DNA of 60,522 nucleotides from Eubacteriales bacterium. Its GTDB lineage: Bacteria > Bacillota > Clostridia > Oscillospirales > CAG-272. The position numbers were made by a program, and so were the translations under genes. The notes under the pieces are model-generated. The model saw nothing but the letters and a program-made list of their open reading frames with translations. It was not told the origin of the DNA and searched no databases. Location of the stretch: assembly GCA_045652845.1 (NCBI GenBank), contig JAZOLJ010000008.1, positions 1-60,522 on the forward strand, given 5' to 3'. Positions 43,801 through 50,892 of the stretch are shown here, piece after piece (within the stretch, counting starts at the first letter, position 1; each line of letters begins with the position of its first letter).

Positions 43801-44289
43801 AAAGCGCGCCTCTGCAAACGGGATTTTTTCGTCAATTCTGAGTATACGCTCGATCGATGCAGTCTTGGGCTTTTTATCAGCAGCCTCTTGACCGTCCTCG
43901 CCGACCACGTAACTGGGCAAATACTCAATAACAATGCTGTATTTTGCCGTGCTGGGGATGTTCACCTTCCAGGTTACGGAGTCTTTTTCGGGCGTGTAAA
44001 GCAACGCATGACCGTCCTTGCTAATCGACTGTACCTGCGCGGTCGTAGAGGCTGCATCATAGTTCGTGCCTATGATCACCACGGGCGCAGTAGCACCCGG
44101 AACGTCCGCATTCTCAGCCAGATACATTTCGTAGGAATCTGCGTTGAGCTGTTCCCTCAATCCCGCAGTGGTCGCATCGGTGGTCGAGCCGTCGCCCTCG
44201 GTAGCAGCGCCAACCGTCAGCGAGCCGCCGAAAACGAAAGTAACCGCCAAGACCAAAGCGAGAAGTCGCTGGAGCATCTTCTTTTTCAT
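40810..44289 (-). CDS. Giant extracellular solute-binding protein (1159 aa) with N-terminal CBM-like domains
   Basis: Start at MKKKMLQRLLALVLAVTFVF (GAGGAGG RBS; the ORF-track N-terminal 80 aa are rejected). The N-terminal half has two beta-sandwich-like segments (TWKVNIPSTAKYSIVIEYLP; VRYTFKVNSSGMYNIAARYRQN). The C-terminal half resembles family-1 SBPs (IDVWIATGRDQ...LPETQNFTMMFVR...). Confidence 0.65.
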   Translation of the reverse strand: MKKKMLQRLLALVLAVTFVFGGSLTVGAATEGDGSTTDATTAGLREQLNADSYEMYLAENADVPGATAPVVIIGTNYDAASTTAQVQSISKDGHALLYTPEKDSVTWKVNIPSTAKYSIVIEYLPSYVVGEDGQEAADKKPKTASIERILRIDEKIPFAEARFLTLPKTWRNQYVHAKVMATKDATVADIQAAAVAAGFVGAETVTENGESFVKLEIPEVWTSALTDFVNKYTVRFFTADIDGNELRPGMKQLPVFSTYELRDPDGFYAESLEFVFEAGERSITLEAVNEPLAIKSITLMPHDSLEGYDDYLKKYTDAGLTASGTDKLLIQAEFAGASSSQTVYPAEDRTDAATLPSDTTCTILNTIGGEKWQTAGQWVRYTFKVNSSGMYNIAARYRQNVLDGMYVCRSLRIESKGLSEGEYGYYDGSVPYKEAWQIRFNYNSAWQSALLNDGTLDANGNPLAYQFYFKEGVEYTITLEAGLGSTGDIVRRVNAALTSINNDYLAIMKLTGAAPDEYRDYGFARVMPDVMIDMILQSRELYAIAAELAAVTGEKSSSVATLEKVAWVLERMGTDESEIAKYLDQLKSYIGSLGTWVSDAKTQPLQLDYLVIQPLGGEAPKATAGFFEGLVHELSSFIMSFFRNYDRMGATAENVDASSAIDVWIATGRDQAQVLRNLINNDYTPNSQLNTSVNLKLVAGGALLPSVLAGMGPDVYIGVSEDNVINYAIRGALLPIEGMSGFDSYVEENFNDAAMAVLGIEDAEGVYHCYGLPETQNFTMMFVREDVLADLDIEIPRTWDDVLAAIPTLQANNMQIGMHQDYKVFLYQMGGTLFADDGMRINLDSNVGLEAFDTMCSFFTMYSFPKSYDFANRFRTGEMPIGFASYNGTYNQLIVFATEIRGLWGFYPMPGIETTREDGSVYINNVSVATTSAIVMMNGCGSEGGEAGELDKARAWEFMTWHSGARCQVDYSNEMVAIIGPSAKHATANLNALKEMPWTYEEYEQLQKQFNNLASIPNYPGSYIIGRYTNFAFLAAYNDNADPTEELQSYITIINKEISRKREEFGLETLEIGQTLKSKRLDEFAAAFEADVKKLGENHSSVTAAKAILGDILGDIAREDYDLVEYHVLVSASNNMKALDATAFAGTITAIERAILVLA

Positions 44290-44480
44290 GTTTTTCCTCC
44301 TCTTACTGCAGCTTGCAGTTCTTGATATTTGCACGGCACGAGCGCTCACTCTTGCCATGCGCAACGCATGCCTGCATCGCACGCGTGTAATAACGGAAGG
44401 CGGCAAACGCCGCCGCATCACCCTTACACAATGCAGACACCCGAGACCCATGCCACGCACAACCCTCGGTGTATGGCAAC

Positions 44481-44510
44481 ATTTTACCACAAAGGCAACC
44501 GCAAAGTCAA
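44481..44510 (-). promoter_or_regulatory. Candidate promoter of the 13-kb ABC operon
   Basis: On the minus strand: TTGACT (44510-44505), 18 nt, TGgTAAAAT (TAAAAT = 44486-44481). It implies a leader of about 185 nt. Confidence 0.45.
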
Positions 44511-44532
44511 GTATAATTTTCTCGCGCATAAT

Positions 44533-44554
44533 GCGCGCGAGCGCGCTCGCGCGC
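44533..44554. repeat. 22-nt perfect GC-rich palindrome upstream of the ABC operon promoter
   Basis: gcgcgcgagcgcgctcgcgcgc is self-complementary. It overlaps a second imperfect palindrome, ctcgcgcataatgcgcgcgag. Confidence 0.85.
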
Positions 44555-45058
44555 TATCCGCAGCACCTGCCCAAAGCAACGCTTCGATCATTTTTTTGCA
44601 AATTTCGTCACTTTTTATCGTTTCGGTTTTTGTTTGTTAAATTAAATTTACCAATTCGCCAAGGAAAAGTGGCAAGTCATCTGAAAATGGGTTGTATTTT
44701 GGCGATTTTACCCAACTATACTTTTCAAGGAGCATGGTGTGTAAATTTTATTTAACAAAAAATTTTTTTGGTTTTTTTGTTCCCACCGTACCGCGCTCTG
44801 CCGATCGGCTCGTTTTTTTGTGCAGGATTAACAAATTTTGCCCTATTTTTTCTACACGCATATTTCACGGGCATCCTTGCATTTCTTTACAAAAATTTCA
44901 CATTCTCACACTTATTTTAGCTCTTATTACTTTTTTATCCCGGCTTTTATACATTTAGCAGGTTTTGCCAAGCGCTTTGCTTCATAATCTGCAGGACGCC
45001 AAGACAAAATAAAACCAAAGCGCGAAACTCGCGCCAATCAAGAAAAGGTGGAACAGAT

Positions 45059-46126
45059 ATGAAAAAACGATTTGGGGCTTTGATGTTAACGCTTTGCCTT
45101 ACCCTTTCCCTGCTCGTCGGCTGCAGTGGCGGTAAGGAGGCTGACGTTCACGTCTTTTATTACACTTACAGTGACACGTATATTTCATCGGTGCGCACAT
45201 CTCTTGACAAGGCTTTATCAGACGCGGGCATTTCGTATCAGGATTATGACAGCAACGGCAGCCAGACCACGCAGACCGAGCAGATCCGTACAGCGATCAC
45301 AAAGGGCGCCAAGGCACTGCTTGTCAACATTGTAAATACAGGCTCAGACGATGCGGCAAACGAGATCGCCACGCTTGCAAGGGATGCGGGCGTACCTCTG
45401 ATCTTTTTCAACCGCGAGGTCGGCGATGCGGTTGTTAAAAGCTACGACAAGTGCGTTTATGTAGGCACACGTGCCGAGGAATCGGGCATTTTACAGGGTG
45501 AGCTGATCGGTGAATATCTGCTGGCGAATTTCAACGCCTACGACCTCAACCGTGACGGCGAGATCTCCTATATCCTTTTCAAGGGTGAGGAGGGCAACAA
45601 CGAGGCGATCTTCCGCACGAAATACAGCGTAGAGGAGGCAAACAAGGTGCTTGAGGGGGCGGGTAAAAAGCCGCTGCGCTTTTACGACCCCTCCAACACA
45701 AACGGGTATTTGGTAGACAAAAACGGGCTTTGGTCTGCCACGGCTGCAAATGAATATATGACGACCGCCCTCACGGAGTACAACACCGCCAACAATAACA
45801 TGATCGAGCTGGTGATCTGCAACAACGACGGTATGGCGGAGGGCGCAATCTCGGCGCTGAATGCCGTGGGCTACAACAAGGGCGAAGGCACCCCCACCAT
45901 CCCCGTATTTGGTGTGGATGCCACCGATGCCGCCAAAAATCTGATCGCAAACAAGCAAATGAGCGGCACCATCAAGCAGGATGCCGCGGGTATGGCACAG
46001 GGGCTTTTGCACATCACCCAAAATGCGCTCACCGAGGGGCGTGATCTGATGGCAGACACCGGCAGCTTTATCATTGACGAAAACGTGAGAAAGATCCGCA
46101 TCCAATATGAAAAATATGTCGGCTAA
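45059..46126 (+). CDS. mglB: Galactose/methyl-galactoside-type ABC transporter substrate-binding lipoprotein
   Basis: 355 aa. Lipobox LLVGCS and a type-1 periplasmic binding fold (ALLVNIV....A....A...G.PLIFFNRE). It is followed by a double-ABC ATPase and a single permease. Confidence 0.75.
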   Translation: MKKRFGALMLTLCLTLSLLVGCSGGKEADVHVFYYTYSDTYISSVRTSLDKALSDAGISYQDYDSNGSQTTQTEQIRTAITKGAKALLVNIVNTGSDDAANEIATLARDAGVPLIFFNREVGDAVVKSYDKCVYVGTRAEESGILQGELIGEYLLANFNAYDLNRDGEISYILFKGEEGNNEAIFRTKYSVEEANKVLEGAGKKPLRFYDPSNTNGYLVDKNGLWSATAANEYMTTALTEYNTANNNMIELVICNNDGMAEGAISALNAVGYNKGEGTPTIPVFGVDATDAAKNLIANKQMSGTIKQDAAGMAQGLLHITQNALTEGRDLMADTGSFIIDENVRKIRIQYEKYVG

Positions 46127-47633
46127 CGGTATAAAAAAAGGCGATGTTCTACTTGAAATGCGCGGCATTGTCAAGACCTTTCCCGGTGTGCGCGCGCTAA
46201 ACGGAGTTTCTCTTTGTGTGCGCAGCGGCACCGTTCATGCCCTAATGGGCGAGAACGGTGCGGGAAAATCCACGTTAATGAAATGTCTTTTCGGCATTTA
46301 CGCCGAGGACGGGGGCGAGATTTTGCTTGAAGGCAAGCGTGTTCGCTTCAGTAGCCCGCGCGAGGCACTTGAAAACGGGGTTGCCATGGTGCATCAGGAG
46401 TTAAACCAAGCACTGGGGCGCAGCGTGATGGATAACATCTGGCTGGGGCGCTACCCCACAAGGCTCGGCATTTTCACATCCGAGCGAGAAATGCATCAAA
46501 AAACGGTAGACGTATTTCAAAATCTTGGCCTTTCCATCGACCCCGAGCGTATCATGTCCACCATGTCCGTTGCCGAGCGACAAATGGCAGAGATCGCAAA
46601 GGCGGTTTCCTATCACGCCAAGATCATCGTGCTTGACGAGCCGACCTCATCGCTGACCGAAAGCGAGGTCGAGCATCTTTTTGAGATTATAAAGATGCTA
46701 AAGCAGCGCGGCTGCGGCATCATCTATATCTCGCACAAGATGGAGGAGATCTTAAGGATCTCCGACGATATTACGGTCATGCGCGACGGCGCGAACGTAG
46801 CCACCGCCCCCGCCTCGGAAATGAGTATGGAAAGAATCATCAAGCTCATGGTCGGGCGTGAGCTCTCCAATCGCTTTCCACCCAAAATATCACGCCCGCA
46901 AGAGGTCATTTTTGAAGCAAGGGGCATCACGTCAAGATACCAAAACGTAAAAAACGTTTCGCTTTCCTTAAAGCGCGGCGAGATCGTAGGACTTGCGGGG
47001 CTTGCAGGCGCGGGGCGCAGTGAGTTTTTTGAGAACGTTTTCGGTATATCCACCAGAGAATCGGGAAAATTATATTTTAAAGGGCGCGAGATCCGCAACA
47101 AAAATGCACGCGAAGCGAAGCGAAACGGCTTTGCTTACGTCACAGAGGAACGGCGCGCAACGGGCATCTTTGGCATTCTCAATATTACCGAAAATACCAC
47201 CGTTGCCGCCCTTCCCGCCTTCCTTTTCGGCGGTTTTTTGATAAATGACCGCAAACGTGCTGCAAAAACCGAGGAATTGATCAAGCGTCTATCCATTAAA
47301 ACGGCATCACGCGCCACACAGATCCGCACGCTTTCGGGCGGAAATCAACAAAAGGTGATCTTTGGAAGATGGCTCCTCACTGACCCCGAGATCCTTATGC
47401 TGGATGAGCCAACCCGCGGCATTGACGTAGGGGCAAAATATGAGATCTATCAGCTCATCGAGGAGCTTGCAGCGCGCGGCAAATCCATTTTGGTGATCTC
47501 AAGCGAGCTGCCCGAGCTGATCGGCATCTGCCACCGCATATACGTGATGTCGGGCGGCGAGATCACAGGCGAGGTAGAGGCAGCCACTACCTCGCAGGAA
47601 CAGATCATGACGCTTGCTGCAAAAAACGTATAA
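46107..47633 (+). CDS. mglA: Sugar ABC transporter ATP-binding protein (duplicated ABC domains)
   Basis: 508 aa. Walker A GENGAGKST, signature VAERQMAEIAKA, and a second domain with LSGGNQQKV and MLDEPTRGID. The start may be ATG 46116. Confidence 0.85.
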   Translation: MKNMSANGIKKGDVLLEMRGIVKTFPGVRALNGVSLCVRSGTVHALMGENGAGKSTLMKCLFGIYAEDGGEILLEGKRVRFSSPREALENGVAMVHQELNQALGRSVMDNIWLGRYPTRLGIFTSEREMHQKTVDVFQNLGLSIDPERIMSTMSVAERQMAEIAKAVSYHAKIIVLDEPTSSLTESEVEHLFEIIKMLKQRGCGIIYISHKMEEILRISDDITVMRDGANVATAPASEMSMERIIKLMVGRELSNRFPPKISRPQEVIFEARGITSRYQNVKNVSLSLKRGEIVGLAGLAGAGRSEFFENVFGISTRESGKLYFKGREIRNKNAREAKRNGFAYVTEERRATGIFGILNITENTTVAALPAFLFGGFLINDRKRAAKTEELIKRLSIKTASRATQIRTLSGGNQQKVIFGRWLLTDPEILMLDEPTRGIDVGAKYEIYQLIEELAARGKSILVISSELPELIGICHRIYVMSGGEITGEVEAATTSQEQIMTLAAKNV

Positions 47634-47655
47634 CGGTAAGCAGAAAGGCTATCGT

Positions 47656-48711
47656 ATGAAACTCAAACGTATTGAAAAAATCAAGTCAATGGATAAAGCA
47701 GAGCGCCGCGTTTACCTTGGGGAGCTGCTCATTAACAATTCCCTTTATATTTTTCTCGTGGCTGCCATCGTGCTCATTCAGTGCTTAAATCCACGCTTTT
47801 TATCCTGGTCCTCGATCGTGAACATTATTTCTCTTTCAGCCGCCAATCTCCCGATTGCACTTGGCATTGCGGGGGCAATCATTCTCACGGGCACGGATCT
47901 GTCGGCGGGGCGCATTGTTGGCCTTGTTGCCTGTGTTTCGGCGGCACTCTTACAGACAACCGGATATGCAGGCAAAATGTTTCCGGGGCTGGCAACGCTC
48001 TCGCTGCCCGTTGTATTTCTCATTGTCATTGCAATTGGGGCGCTAACGGGGTTTATTAACGGATATTGTACCGCGACCTTTCACCTGCACCCCTTTATCG
48101 TAACGCTCTCCACACAGCTGATCGTATACGGCGCACTTTTGCTGTTTTTGATGACAGGCAACAACAACGGTCAGTCAATTTCAGGGCTTGCCCCCTCGTA
48201 TACGAATTTTATCAAGGGGAGCTTTTTCTCGCCCGCCGGCACACCTATCCCCAACTACGTGTGGTACGTGATTCTGATCACAGCCATCATGTGGGTGGTA
48301 TGGAACAAAACCGCCTTTGGCAAAAACATGTTTGCCGTAGGCTCAAACCCCGAGGCTGCGAACGTTTCGGGCGTGAACGTGAGGCGCGTGATCATACTTG
48401 TGTTTACGCTGGCAGGTGTTTTGTACGGCATAACGGGCTTTATTGAGGCTGCGCGCATCGGCTCAAACAGTGCGGCAACGGGGCTGAATTACGAGCTGGA
48501 TGCCATTGCAGCGTGTGTGATCGGCGGCGTTTCCTTCGTCGGCGGCACGGGTAAGATCAGCGGCGTGATCCTTGGCGTGGTGCTGCTGCGCCTCATTTTC
48601 GTGGGCCTGACGTTCCTTGGCATAGATGCCAACATGCAATATATCATCAAGGGCTTGATCATTTTGATTGCCTGCGCCATTGACATGCGCAAATACCTTG
48701 TAAGAAAATAA
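47656..48711 (+). CDS. mglC: Galactose/methyl-galactoside-type ABC transporter permease
   Basis: 351 aa from MKLKRIEKIK. Polytopic, with the TGTDLSAGR motif typical of RbsC/MglC-type permeases. Confidence 0.8.
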   Translation: MKLKRIEKIKSMDKAERRVYLGELLINNSLYIFLVAAIVLIQCLNPRFLSWSSIVNIISLSAANLPIALGIAGAIILTGTDLSAGRIVGLVACVSAALLQTTGYAGKMFPGLATLSLPVVFLIVIAIGALTGFINGYCTATFHLHPFIVTLSTQLIVYGALLLFLMTGNNNGQSISGLAPSYTNFIKGSFFSPAGTPIPNYVWYVILITAIMWVVWNKTAFGKNMFAVGSNPEAANVSGVNVRRVIILVFTLAGVLYGITGFIEAARIGSNSAATGLNYELDAIAACVIGGVSFVGGTGKISGVILGVVLLRLIFVGLTFLGIDANMQYIIKGLIILIACAIDMRKYLVRK

Positions 48712-48716
48712 AAAAA

Positions 48717-48760
48717 GGGCTGCCGAGCACGCAAACCGCTTGCAACGGCAGCTTTTTTGC
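48717..48760 (+). terminator. mgl operon terminator
   Basis: gctgccg...cggcagc stem with an inner hairpin, followed by tttttt. Confidence 0.65.
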
Positions 48761-48777
48761 ATTTTTTCGCGCGCGCA

Positions 48778-48806
48778 TTGCATTTTTTGCAATAATGTGC
48801 TACAAT
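48778..48806 (+). promoter_or_regulatory. nadE promoter
   Basis: TTGCAT (48778-48783), 17 nt, TGcTACAAT (TACAAT = 48801-48806). Confidence 0.6.
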
Positions 48807-48842
48807 AAAGGTTAAAGTATGCTCGCGTTTCGGAGGTTTAAC

Positions 48843-50777
48843 ATGAAAGACATTCTGCGTGCGGCTGTAGCCGTACCCTCATTGCGCGTCGCGGACGTTA
48901 CCTACAACGCCGCACAGATCGAACAAAAAATAAAGGAAGCGCATGGCAAGGGCGTTACCGCACTAACCTTTCCCGAGCTTTCGCTTACAGGCTACACCTG
49001 CGGCGATCTCTTTGCGGCAGACCTACTGCTTGACCGCGCGAGCGAGGCGCTTTGCTTGCTGGCAGGCACTACTCCCAACAGCATGCTGGTGGCGGTTGGC
49101 GCCCCTCTGCTGATCGGCGGCCAGCTTTATAACTGTGCCGTGCTTTTATCGGGCGGCAGGATCATTGCAGCCGTTCCCAAAACATTTTTACCGAATTACG
49201 GCGCGAGCGAGGAGCGCCGTCATTTCTCACCCGCCTCGGCACTCGGCGGCACTGTGCTGCACACGGTAGGGTGCTTCACCTTCCCCGTTGGCGCAGATCT
49301 GCTAATCCGTGCTGCCGACGGCACCACGGTTGGCGTTGAGATCTGTGAGGATCTTGCAGCACCCCTGCCCCCCTCCACGCTGCTTGCCATGGCTGGCGCA
49401 GAGGTTATTTTAGGGCTTGCTGCCGCACATGAGGCGGTAACGGGGCGAGAAAAACGCCGCTTGACCGTAGCCGAGCAATCCGCACGCACCAAAACAGCCT
49501 ATCTCTTTGCCGGTGCCGGCAAGGATGAATCGACCGCCGACCTGCTCTTCTCGGGGCACGGCATGATCGCGCTTGCGGGCAAAATTGAAGCAGAAAACAG
49601 CCGACTGATCGACAGCGACTACACACTCATCAGCGACCTTGATCTTGGTCGCATCCGTCACGATCGTCGCCACGACCGCACCTTTGGAGAGTGCGCCGCC
49701 CATTACGGTATTACCGAAGGCACAACGACCGTTGAGCTGCAAGCAGCACTTGCCGTATCCGACGGCGAGCTGCTAAAGGTCAGCCGCCTACCCTTCGTAC
49801 CCGATGACAAGAAAACGCGCGAGAAGCATTGCTTAGAAATATTTGAAATACAGGCATCCGCACTTGCACGCCGCCTTGATGTGATTGGCGGCAAGCTGAC
49901 CGTCGGCATTTCGGGCGGGCTGGATTCTACCCTCGCACTCTTAGTCGCCATTCACGCCATGGATAAGCTGGGGCTTCCCCACACCAACATTACCGCGGTC
50001 ACAATGCCCTGCTTCGGCACCTCCGACGACACACTGAAAAACGCCCTTGAGCTGATGGAAAAGCTTGGAGTGACAGCACTGAAAATCCCGATACGTGATG
50101 CGGTTTTGCAGCACTTTAAGGATATTGGGCACGACCCCACAGATTTTTCGGTTACCTATGAAAACAGCCAAGCGCGCGAGCGCACGCAGGTGCTAATGGA
50201 CCTTGCAAACAAGCACGGCGGCATTGTGCTTGGTACGGGTGACCTTTCGGAGATGGCACTTGGGTGGTGCACCTACAACGGCGACCACATGAGCATGTAC
50301 GGCGTAAACTGCGACGTGCCGAAGTCCTTAATTCGTTGGATCATCGAAGCCGTGATCGACCAAAGCATCCTGCCCGATGCCACCGAGGTCCTCTACCGCA
50401 TTATTGATACCCCCATCAGCCCCGAGCTGCTGCCGCCCGATGCCGTTGGCAAGATCGCACAAAAGACCGAGGACATTGTCGGCCCTTACGCGCTGCACGA
50501 TTTCTTCCTCTTTTATCACGTGCGCTACGGCTACCGTCCCGCCAAAATTTTCGCACTTGCCACAAAAGCGTTTGCGGGCATTTTTGACGGCGCAACCGTG
50601 AAAAAGTGGCTTGCCGTATTTGCAAAAAGATTTTTTGCACAGCAGTTCAAGCGCAACTGCGTCCCCGACGGTATTAAAATCGGCTCCGTTGCCCTTTCTC
50701 CCCGCGGGGATTGGCATATGCCCTCCGACGCCTGTGCCGCCGAATGGATGCGCGAAATTGAAGAAATTGAAGCTTAA
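48843..50777 (+). CDS. nadE: Glutamine-dependent NAD+ synthetase
   Basis: 644 aa from MKDILR (GGAGG RBS). N-terminal CN-hydrolase domain (LTFPELSLTGYTCGDLF; EICEDL). C-terminal N-type ATP-PPase SGGLDS motif (GISGGLDSTLAL). Confidence 0.9.
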   Translation: MKDILRAAVAVPSLRVADVTYNAAQIEQKIKEAHGKGVTALTFPELSLTGYTCGDLFAADLLLDRASEALCLLAGTTPNSMLVAVGAPLLIGGQLYNCAVLLSGGRIIAAVPKTFLPNYGASEERRHFSPASALGGTVLHTVGCFTFPVGADLLIRAADGTTVGVEICEDLAAPLPPSTLLAMAGAEVILGLAAAHEAVTGREKRRLTVAEQSARTKTAYLFAGAGKDESTADLLFSGHGMIALAGKIEAENSRLIDSDYTLISDLDLGRIRHDRRHDRTFGECAAHYGITEGTTTVELQAALAVSDGELLKVSRLPFVPDDKKTREKHCLEIFEIQASALARRLDVIGGKLTVGISGGLDSTLALLVAIHAMDKLGLPHTNITAVTMPCFGTSDDTLKNALELMEKLGVTALKIPIRDAVLQHFKDIGHDPTDFSVTYENSQARERTQVLMDLANKHGGIVLGTGDLSEMALGWCTYNGDHMSMYGVNCDVPKSLIRWIIEAVIDQSILPDATEVLYRIIDTPISPELLPPDAVGKIAQKTEDIVGPYALHDFFLFYHVRYGYRPAKIFALATKAFAGIFDGATVKKWLAVFAKRFFAQQFKRNCVPDGIKIGSVALSPRGDWHMPSDACAAEWMREIEEIEA

Positions 50778-50781
50778 CCCA

Positions 50782-50818
50782 CATCCCGTGTGGCAAAATG
50801 CCACACGGGATGCTTTTT
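50782..50818 (+). terminator. nadE terminator
   Basis: 14-bp stem catcccgtgtggca/tgccacacgggatg followed by cttttt. Confidence 0.8.
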
Positions 50819-50823
50819 AGGCA

Positions 50824-50864
50824 AAGAAACACCCGACTGCCAAGGCAGTCGGGTGCTTTTGTTT
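50824..50864. terminator. Second hairpin terminator (serves the convergent giant gene)
   Basis: 12-bp stem cacccgactgcc/ggcagtcgggtg with T-rich tails on both strands. Confidence 0.7.
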
Positions 50865-50892
50865 GTAAGAGTAAATCTCTTACTGTTGTAGA

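Noticed and set aside
44290-44529. N-terminal 80-aa extension of the giant SBP ORF, and similar extensions at 58543..58629, 21491..21580, 20487..20540, 59305..59343, 29751..30077, 29993..30082, 30369..30404, 47614..47655, 48819..48842 and 4719..4748
   Set aside because: The downstream ATG or GTG has a proper GGAGG-type RBS and begins a signal peptide or the conserved N-terminus. The extensions run through promoters, operators or the upstream gene.
44692-44958. 88-aa ORF in the AT-rich mglB upstream region (also 44144..44755 and 44329..44640)
   Set aside because: The sequence is Phe/Leu-rich and low-complexity, as expected from T-rich DNA. It has no RBS and no homology features.
44971-44984. 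cre (CcpA) site upstream of mglB: gccaagcgctttgc
   Set aside because: It keeps the central CG and the AA/TT arms. It lacks the outer TG...CA positions of the WTGNAANCGNTTNCAW consensus.
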